A model generated the notes under the pieces. The model saw nothing but the letters and a program-made list of their open reading frames with translations. It had not been told where the DNA came from and did no database searches. A stretch of 64,000 bases of DNA from an uncultured Alphaproteobacteria bacterium (lineage in GTDB: Bacteria; Pseudomonadota; Alphaproteobacteria; Rs-D84), in contig CAMRSV010000001.1 in assembly GCA_947053455.1 (NCBI GenBank), forward strand, positions 186,087-250,086, read 5' to 3'. This document shows, in pieces, positions 53,520-64,000 of this stretch. The position numbers and the translations under genes were made by a program. Each line of letters begins with the position of its first letter. Within the stretch, counting starts at the first letter, position 1.

Positions 53520-54473
53520 ATGCGGCGTGAATTTATTGTGACGGATGGTGATGCGGGTATACGCTTGGATAAGTTTCTATCGGCGCAAATGCCGGAATTT
53601 TCACGCAGTGAAATCCAAAAGTTTAAAGTTTCACAAGGCGATGTGCCGGTCAAAATGTCGACGCGTATTCGTGCAGGTGACGTGTTCTGTGTTGATGTGG
53701 TAACGGTTGCGTCCGATGTGGCGTCGGATAATGTTTCATCGGATTTCGATTTGGATATTTTGTTCGAAGACGATGACATAATTGTCGTAAACAAACCGCG
53801 TGGTGTTGTAATGTACCCATCGGCCGGGAACAAAACCGGGACACTGGTTCAAAATATTTTGGCGCATACAAATTTGTCTGCGCTTGGCGGGGCGACGCGC
53901 CCGGGTGTGGTTCACAGATTGGATAAAGATACCAGTGGCGTCATGGTTTTTGCAAAATCCGACGCGGCATACCGCAATCTGGTAAAAATATTTTCCACGC
54001 ACGATTTAACGCGTAAATATATAGCATTTGCATGGCATGTCCCAAATTGGACAGAGGCCGACATAACCGGAAACATCGCCCGTTCGTCACGTAATCGCCA
54101 GAAAATGAGTATGGTAAAATCCGGGGGCAAGCCCGCCCAGACATCTGTCGCCGTAATGAATGCGTGGCCGCGTGCGGGTGTTACTGAATTTAGATGCACA
54201 CTTTTTACCGGGCGTACACACCAGATTCGCGTTCACTTGTCGGCGCATGGGTTCCCGGTGCTGTGTGACCCACTCTATGGGCGCGGCGCGGGGAATTTGG
54301 GCAGTGTTCGCGACCCGGATTTACTGGAATTTCTAAAAACACACAATGGCCAAATGCTGCATGCCGAGGTGTTAGAGTTTACTCATCCCACGACCGGCGT
54401 GCAAATGCGCTTCAAATCGCATTTACCAGATGATATGGCAGAACTAAAATGCATACTGGACGATATTGGTTAA
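53520..54473 (+). CDS. rluD: RluA/RluD-family pseudouridine synthase
   Basis: S4-like RLDKFL, NKPRG, HRLDKDTSG, TGRTHQIRVH, LHA..L.F.HP. Confidence 0.9.
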   Translation: MRREFIVTDGDAGIRLDKFLSAQMPEFSRSEIQKFKVSQGDVPVKMSTRIRAGDVFCVDVVTVASDVASDNVSSDFDLDILFEDDDIIVVNKPRGVVMYPSAGNKTGTLVQNILAHTNLSALGGATRPGVVHRLDKDTSGVMVFAKSDAAYRNLVKIFSTHDLTRKYIAFAWHVPNWTEADITGNIARSSRNRQKMSMVKSGGKPAQTSVAVMNAWPRAGVTEFRCTLFTGRTHQIRVHLSAHGFPVLCDPLYGRGAGNLGSVRDPDLLEFLKTHNGQMLHAEVLEFTHPTTGVQMRFKSHLPDDMAELKCILDDIG

Positions 54474-54554
54474 TTTGAATCAAATTCTGTTATTATTTAT
54501 TTGTCTGAATTTAATTTTATGATATAATAAAGTAATAATAATGGAGTGAGTCTA

Positions 54555-57500
54555 ATGCATTTGTTTACAAAATCGGTTGGTTTTTTGGCTGTTTTGGGGC
54601 TGTTTCCTGCGGCGTTTGCGGTAACGGCACGCCCCAGCATGGTAACGACCGCCGGCGCACGTTTGCCGACAATGGCGTCACGTTTGCCGACGACTACAAC
54701 CACTACCACCACATCCAGTTTATTAAGTGATATTGAGTGCATTGACTCATACACCCAATGCATCAAGGGCGTGGACGCCTGCGATAGTGATTTTAGCGAA
54801 TGCACAAACAAGGTATTGTTCCACGCCAAGATGCCGCAGTGTATCAGCACACTGGCACAGTGCAGCGCAGCGGGTATTTCTTCGCTGTTTGGAACAAATT
54901 CTGTCCCGTCATTGTCGGCGGTTGCGTCCAAAAACACCCATGGCGAGGTAACTAATTACACATATCCGACCGATGGTAGTGTATTGGGCCAAATGATAAC
55001 TGCGGCCGCGATTGAAAACCGTTATGACACATCGGGGTGCGTGCGTGCGTATACAAATTGTTTGAAAAAAGACACGGTCTGTGGTTCTGATTTTGAACTT
55101 TGCACAACAAACGCCGAGTATAAGAAACAGCGCCTGTTCTGTGAATCAACACTGGCGCGTTGCCAGGGTGAGGGTAAGGTTGCCCTGTTTGGTAGCGCGG
55201 CAAATGCCGACCTGCCATCGGCCGGCAGTCGTATTGCCGAAATGATAGAAGAAGGCGCGGCTCTGGCGGCGGTGAATGCGGTTTCCACATGCTACAAGGT
55301 GGCCGATACATGTATTTTGAATGCATGTGGCCCGAATCCGTATAAATGTTATAAAGAGGCAACCGAAGAACAGATTGCAACCGCCGGCGATATTGCCAAT
55401 CAAGAAACGGGCGAATCCATTGCAAAAATAACTGTTGCGGAATCTGTATCTTCGTTTATACGCAATGCGTGTTATGAAACGATTGCTGGCAATAAATATT
55501 GCTATGCGGCCGCACGTGATGGAAACATGCCTAGTGAATCCAAATTAAAAGATGAAAATGAACGTGAAGAAACATACGACAGTATCGTTAATGGTGACGG
55601 TATCAGCAACGGTCGTATGAATTCGGCAATGATGGCAAAAATCGAAGATTTGATGACCAAGTTTGATGAACGCGCAAAGCAAAAGTGCACAGAAACATTA
55701 AGTGCGTGCGTAATGCGCAATTGCGGCGGTGGCAGCGGCGCAGCATGTTATCAGAAGGTGTTCGGTGGCAGCAATAGCGACGTAAAATCCATTAACAAAA
55801 CGTCATTATATAATGGTCTGCAATCCGCATGTGCGTCGGTCGTGAATACTGATACATACTGCAAATATGCGGCGGCAAACTTGAATTCGTATGGTGTGTA
55901 TTCATATACATATAATGACGCGGGTGCGTTTGAAAAAATATTCCCTGAATATGCAGATGGCGCATCTAATTCCGACCCGATTGGTGTGGTGGCGTCTTTG
56001 AATGCAAAATTGGCCAGCACATATAACGCCGCGGGTATCGCACAGTTGAAAAAGAACTGTGAAACCGTTGCGAAAAGCTGTGTAAAGAACCTGTGCGGAA
56101 ATGAATACACGAAGTGCTATCGCAACCGTACGGATATTTATTCTACATTGACCAATACAGGTACCGCGAACGCGAAATTTGATAACAGCATGAACAAGGT
56201 TGGCGGTGTATTGGATTACACGATCGTGTTGGGACTTTGCTTGGATACAGTAAAGAATTCAACACAGTGCGAAGAACACCTGAAGATTGCAATGTCCGAC
56301 ATGGATGACGACTTGAAAAACAATGCGGCGGATTCGTGGGGAAAAAGCAGCAGCGTTCGCGACGGTTGGATTGATGCGGGCGGCGCAACAACATTGTCAC
56401 AGCCGACCGGCACCGTTCAGGCCGTTGATGATAATGGTGAAAAACTTTGCACCGTTGGCAAAAACGGGATAGAGCAGGGTATATGCAATACGATGGATTC
56501 AAATGGCAAGATATTTGATACGCCGTATTACATTGAATATTCCGCGTATGCACAAACGGCAGCGGCAAACACATTGTTCCGTGAACTGATTTATGATTTG
56601 GAGAAGGAGGCACAGGCCATCTATAACTCCAAACTGACCCAGGAACAGAACAAGTGCATGGCCAGCAATACCGGTGGTGGCGGAATTATCGGCGCATCGG
56701 AAATCGGCAGCACATATATGTGGGCGAAACTGCGCAGTAACAAGGTTCCGTCAAACTATCCTGTTGCAGGATTAAGCAGCAAGGATTTCATCGCCAGCAA
56801 TGATTTGTATGGCTCGTTCTGTCGCGTGCGTATTACAATCCAGTCTGACGATAAACGGATTCAGGATATGATAAAGGACGGCGCGTCATGGGGTACCGCA
56901 TACTTTGCAGCGGGTGATGCGATTACATGCGGTTCTTGGATACCGTCGGCTGATTTGGAAAAGATTGCAAACGCCGTGGCTGATGACGCCACCGAAGATA
57001 TGGAGGCACGTCAAAAACGTACCCGCACCTGGACAACAGTTTTGGGTGGCTTGGGTGGCGCCGTTGGTGGTGGATTCCTGGGCAATGCCATACAAAATGG
57101 TGATGTCTTGGGTGGGCTGACCGGATTGGGTGATAGTAAGACAAAAACTAATACATCTAATTTGCAAAGTTGTTTGAATTATTCTAGTGAGGCTAAAAAT
57201 TATTATAATAAGCTGACTGATACCTCTACGGGTAACGAAATTAATATGGCGAAACAAAATGCAGAATTTGCTATAAAGAGCGCTAAAAAAGCTGGGATTG
57301 ATGATGCGACTACCGGTTTTTTGACTGATGCGATTAACCAAATAAGTACCCCTTCGGATGTAACTACGAATAAGATAAATTCGGTTGGCTATGCTCTTGA
57401 TGCACTTAAGAAGGCTTGTTCAAACGCCAAAACAAATGGTGGCACGATCAATGATGATGGTAAAAAACTTAAAGGTCTTGGGGCGGGGCTTGGGGCTCTT

Positions 57501-57689
57501 GTGATGGGTGGTGCTGGAACCGGCATTGCATACGCAGCGACCAAGGACATTCAGCAGTCTACTCTGGACAAGGCGCAAAAGGCGGCCTATGACGAATGGA
57601 TGAATGATGTCGGAAACCACATCACATGCTATATAGGCCAAGATGAGGTTGGTCCATACGGGACAATATTCGTTCCGGTCTTGGAATAA
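54555..57689 (+). CDS. Large secreted Cys-rich protein with two C-terminal glycine-zipper helices
   Basis: Signal peptide after GGAG RBS, poly-Thr linker, repeated C...Y..C....C motifs, GG..GG helices near the C-terminus. Confidence 0.85.
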   Translation: MHLFTKSVGFLAVLGLFPAAFAVTARPSMVTTAGARLPTMASRLPTTTTTTTTSSLLSDIECIDSYTQCIKGVDACDSDFSECTNKVLFHAKMPQCISTLAQCSAAGISSLFGTNSVPSLSAVASKNTHGEVTNYTYPTDGSVLGQMITAAAIENRYDTSGCVRAYTNCLKKDTVCGSDFELCTTNAEYKKQRLFCESTLARCQGEGKVALFGSAANADLPSAGSRIAEMIEEGAALAAVNAVSTCYKVADTCILNACGPNPYKCYKEATEEQIATAGDIANQETGESIAKITVAESVSSFIRNACYETIAGNKYCYAAARDGNMPSESKLKDENEREETYDSIVNGDGISNGRMNSAMMAKIEDLMTKFDERAKQKCTETLSACVMRNCGGGSGAACYQKVFGGSNSDVKSINKTSLYNGLQSACASVVNTDTYCKYAAANLNSYGVYSYTYNDAGAFEKIFPEYADGASNSDPIGVVASLNAKLASTYNAAGIAQLKKNCETVAKSCVKNLCGNEYTKCYRNRTDIYSTLTNTGTANAKFDNSMNKVGGVLDYTIVLGLCLDTVKNSTQCEEHLKIAMSDMDDDLKNNAADSWGKSSSVRDGWIDAGGATTLSQPTGTVQAVDDNGEKLCTVGKNGIEQGICNTMDSNGKIFDTPYYIEYSAYAQTAAANTLFRELIYDLEKEAQAIYNSKLTQEQNKCMASNTGGGGIIGASEIGSTYMWAKLRSNKVPSNYPVAGLSSKDFIASNDLYGSFCRVRITIQSDDKRIQDMIKDGASWGTAYFAAGDAITCGSWIPSADLEKIANAVADDATEDMEARQKRTRTWTTVLGGLGGAVGGGFLGNAIQNGDVLGGLTGLGDSKTKTNTSNLQSCLNYSSEAKNYYNKLTDTSTGNEINMAKQNAEFAIKSAKKAGIDDATTGFLTDAINQISTPSDVTTNKINSVGYALDALKKACSNAKTNGGTINDDGKKLKGLGAGLGALVMGGAGTGIAYAATKDIQQSTLDKAQKAAYDEWMNDVGNHITCYIGQDEVGPYGTIFVPVLE

Positions 57690-57710
57690 AAGTCCCTGGA
57701 TTATCAATCC

Positions 57711-57737
57711 CCAAAATCCCCCGTTCGGGGGATTTTT
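57711..57737 (+). terminator. Intrinsic terminator
   Basis: AAAATCCCCCG-TT-CGGGGGATTTT. Confidence 0.75.
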
Positions 57738-58343
57738 AATTCGCAAATGTGCATTTTTATTTGCAGGATTGCGTCGCCGTTATAATTCTTTGCGAAGACA
57801 GGGGGGCGGGTTGCCGCGCGGCGCTGCCCCGTCGCAATGACAAAATGTTGTGCTGAATTTGCCTTGTGCCACCCACGCAAATTATATTTACTCGCAACTC
57901 GGTGGCTGCGTTTAAACTCTTTGCTTTGCCATTGCAAGGGATTTTACGGGCACGCAGCGTCAAATCCGCACTACATTTGTCATGTGTGTAGCTCCACACC
58001 CGACGCAACCCATTATATTCACTTTTTGAATGTCCTTTGTCGTACAAGCGCCTGTGCGTATCTTCGTATCTGCTAAAATTGCATTCACGCATATTCGGAT
58101 TCATTGTAATTAAATACCGCCTTAACGTCGGCGGTGTTGGGCGTGCTGGCCAATTTGTATGGCCGCCATATTTAGACTTTGCGGAGCCCCACGCCGTCAT
58201 CTGATAAATAAAAAGTATGCACATAAACGCGTCACTTGTTTATTAAACCACGATAATATCTGATGTTTTGTTTTATGAGAAAAAATGCCGGGGGACTTCC
58301 CGGCATCTCTCTCCTCTCCCAAACCCTCGCTTGAGGGAACTTT

Positions 58344-59555
58344 TTACGGACACAATGTTAATTGATTCAAAACATTTTGTACATCTGCGTTTACAGAAAC
58401 TGTAACTTCACGCTGCAGACCGTCCGTGTATTTGTAATAAAACTTTTGTGATGCAAATTCCGGTGCCGCTTCATACACTGTCTTAAACGGAGCCAGCATT
58501 GCTTCAAACCACTGTCGCCCACGGCACAGGCATCCGTTACGGACATCTGCCGCGACGGCCGCTGTTGCAGTGTTTGGATATTTTTCATCTAATTCGGTGT
58601 CCGTCATCATCAGACAGCGCGCCCCCAATCCATAAAAGTTTGCATCATCAGCCAAGAACTTATATATCAGACCATCCGATGCACCCGCCGTGCGCAGTGA
58701 ATATGCCATGCCGTCTGTACAGCATGCACTTGCGGAACGCATCAGCATTTTATATCTTTGCAGCAAAGGTGCCGCAACCTTGTCATTTGCGCTTATTTCG
58801 TTGTTGTATTTTGCCGCATTTATAAAATCGAGCATATTTGCGTCACGGATACGCGGACTGCGTGGGGAAACTGTTTCTCGCATTACAGGTTTCTTGCGCC
58901 AGATTTCACATTCCTTTTCCGTTTCAAATGGGCATCCGTCTGTATTTCCGAATGCCGTCGCAACGATTTGTGTCATGTCTTGTGCGGCGTATTTTGGCGC
59001 AGTATTTGAATTTCCGTCAGATGCAGTCCACATGTTGGCCGTTGGCTTTTGTGGCGCCAATAATTCTTCAATGCGCGCACGTGTGTTGGCCGCATCTTGC
59101 ATATTTTGAGTATAAATTTCGGTTATTTGGGTATCCGTTGCGTTCGCTGGTGCGGAAATTGGGGTTATTGTGTCCACTTCTTCCATATAAACGACGGGCA
59201 TCGGTTCCAAAAACCAATCAGAAAAGTCTTTGTCACGATAATTTACAATCGAATCGTCCCAAATTGGCACACCGTCGCGCCAATCAACCGTTTTATCGGC
59301 GCCGTGTGGGCGATATTGACCGCGTGTGCCGTCCCATACCGGCGCGCGCGTGTCGGCATCAACCGGTTTTACAGATAATGCCTTGACCGAACGCATTGGA
59401 ATTGGTGTGTCATATATATATTGTGCGGGTGCGCCATATCCAATTGATATGGCCGTGGGCATCGCATCGTCCGGTGTACCGTACATTTGCGCCGCGCCGC
59501 AGCTTGCGCCCATTATGCAAAGTATCGATGAAAAAGTTAAAATTCTGATTTTCAT
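58344..59555 (-). CDS. Hypothetical secreted protein with Cys-containing C-terminal domain
   Basis: Signal peptide MKIRIL...; repeated P.WD motif; ACC, RC, CLC, terminal CP. Confidence 0.75.
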   Translation of the reverse strand: MKIRILTFSSILCIMGASCGAAQMYGTPDDAMPTAISIGYGAPAQYIYDTPIPMRSVKALSVKPVDADTRAPVWDGTRGQYRPHGADKTVDWRDGVPIWDDSIVNYRDKDFSDWFLEPMPVVYMEEVDTITPISAPANATDTQITEIYTQNMQDAANTRARIEELLAPQKPTANMWTASDGNSNTAPKYAAQDMTQIVATAFGNTDGCPFETEKECEIWRKKPVMRETVSPRSPRIRDANMLDFINAAKYNNEISANDKVAAPLLQRYKMLMRSASACCTDGMAYSLRTAGASDGLIYKFLADDANFYGLGARCLMMTDTELDEKYPNTATAAVAADVRNGCLCRGRQWFEAMLAPFKTVYEAAPEFASQKFYYKYTDGLQREVTVSVNADVQNVLNQLTLCP

Positions 59556-59867
59556 AGTACGAATCATATCATAAAAACATGCTCTTTGAAAATATAAAAA
59601 TTGGAAAACATGTTTTATTTAGTGGAATTTTAATCTTTTATACAATTAAAAACGAATCGAATGGCGCGTTTTCATATAAAAAACCGAATCAAAGATTAAA
59701 AAAGAATCGGTTTTTTATAAAATCCGAATCGGATTTAGGGATTAAAATAAGAAAATAAAAAATTTTTTAAAAAAAGTTTATAGGATAAAATTGGCGGAAA
59801 TCCGGCACTTTTCCTATATTTTTAGGTGGCTATGCAAATTTTCTTAAAATTATTTTTGAAAAAGCGC

Positions 59868-59896
59868 TTGACTTTTTCATAATTTCCACGCATACT
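59868..59896 (+). promoter_or_regulatory. rRNA operon promoter
   Basis: TTGACT-17-CATACT with an AT-rich upstream tract and GC-rich discriminator. Confidence 0.65.
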
Positions 59897-60252
59897 GTGC
59901 GGGCTTTCAAGTTGGGAACAAATCAAAAATGACTCTCAACCCCTGAAATTCTGCGGTTTACGGGATGGCCAATGAAATAGGGTTCCTGTTAAATACGCAA
60001 ACATTGTTAATAAAAGCAGCTCATCAAAGATTTTTGATGCAAATCAAGAATCTGTTCAAGAAGGGATATGCAGGCAGTTGAATTTGGAAATATCCAAACT
60101 TTGACTAAGTCAAATGTGCATATCCTAGACAGGTAGTAGGTTTACATATTAAACCTCGTTAAAACTTGTCTTGCGAATAATTAATGTAAAGACGAACTGA
60201 TATTATGTCAGTGTTGTTTAATGCACAGGGCTTAAACCACAAGTTTTTTTAG

Positions 60253-61753
<1,501 letters not shown>

Positions 61754-61838
61754 ATAGAGAATACCGTTTACACGAAAACGGTCAAATCCAAGTGCGACTG
61801 TCTGAATATCTCTTTTTGAATGTGTGTATTTTTCTGCT

Positions 61839-61915
61839 GGGTCAGTAGTTCAGTTGGTTAGAATGCCGCTCTGATACAGCGGAGGTCGAAGATTCGAGTT
61901 CTTCCTGACCCACCA
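61839..61915 (+). tRNA. tRNA-Ile(GAT) in the ITS
   Basis: GGGTCAG...CCGCT-CTGATAC-AGCGG...TTCGAG...CTGACCCACCA. Confidence 0.93.
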
Positions 61916-62196
61916 CTTATTGATGAGGTTGGAATCAGAAACATTAATATGTTTTTGATTCCAGATGTTCCCTGAATATCGTCGGAATCTGCTTTTATAG
62001 CAATATATTGTTAATCGGTTTTTATGTCGCAAATCAAGAAATTGATTTGTTGAACATCGTAATAATCTCAAAAATCTTTCTAATTAGAGTAATCACGAAA
62101 GTGATAATTCAATTAAGAAGCAAGAATCAACTTAAATGCTTAAAAAACTCATTAAGTGTTCTTTTTATTGCATGAAGACATTCTCTTCAAGCATAA

Positions 62197-64000
<1,804 letters not shown>

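Noticed and set aside
57757-58224. 155-aa - strand ORF
   Set aside because: No RBS, motif or recognisable family; possibly decayed sequence, so not called as a CDS.

Overview
Chromosomal window from a compact, divergent alphaproteobacterium. The 16S/23S sequences and gene content suggest an uncultured host-associated lineage such as Rs-D84/'Ca. Enterousia' (inference, not a database result). Most of it is housekeeping genes in heavily shuffled order: rsmE, nth, ileS, accBC, rnpA/yidD, mreB, metG, queH, fabDG, mnmG, der, pnp, ybaB, ung, gyrB, a MacAB-TolC-like exporter, sspB, recF, fabZ/lpxD/skp, dnaX and an RluA-family synthase. It also has seven intact tRNAs and the start of an rRNA operon (16S-tRNA-Ile-23S). 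Main discoveries: (1) four dispersed, phage-free copies of a structured RNA cassette (about 2.9-3.2, 10.0-10.4, 21.8-22.1 and 41.35-41.55 kb). It has P1/P7 C4-antisense-like architecture, and in each copy two short 'key' sequences co-vary with two downstream 'lock' sequences next to an antiterminator/terminator switch, so each copy has its own code. (2) Unannotated amino-acid-specific leader peptides with attenuator hairpins before both aminoacyl-tRNA synthetase genes (MNQATIIIIK before ileS; MRMHK before metG). (3) A scattered type IVb pilus/T4SS toolkit: a solo VirD4, a PilS-like pilin and three tandem PilV-like adhesins with no shufflon. (4) Cys-rich secreted proteins, one with an AT-rich segment between two glycine-zipper helices. 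(5) Compensatory substitutions in the 16S decoding site and primer sites, and in a tRNA elbow pair.
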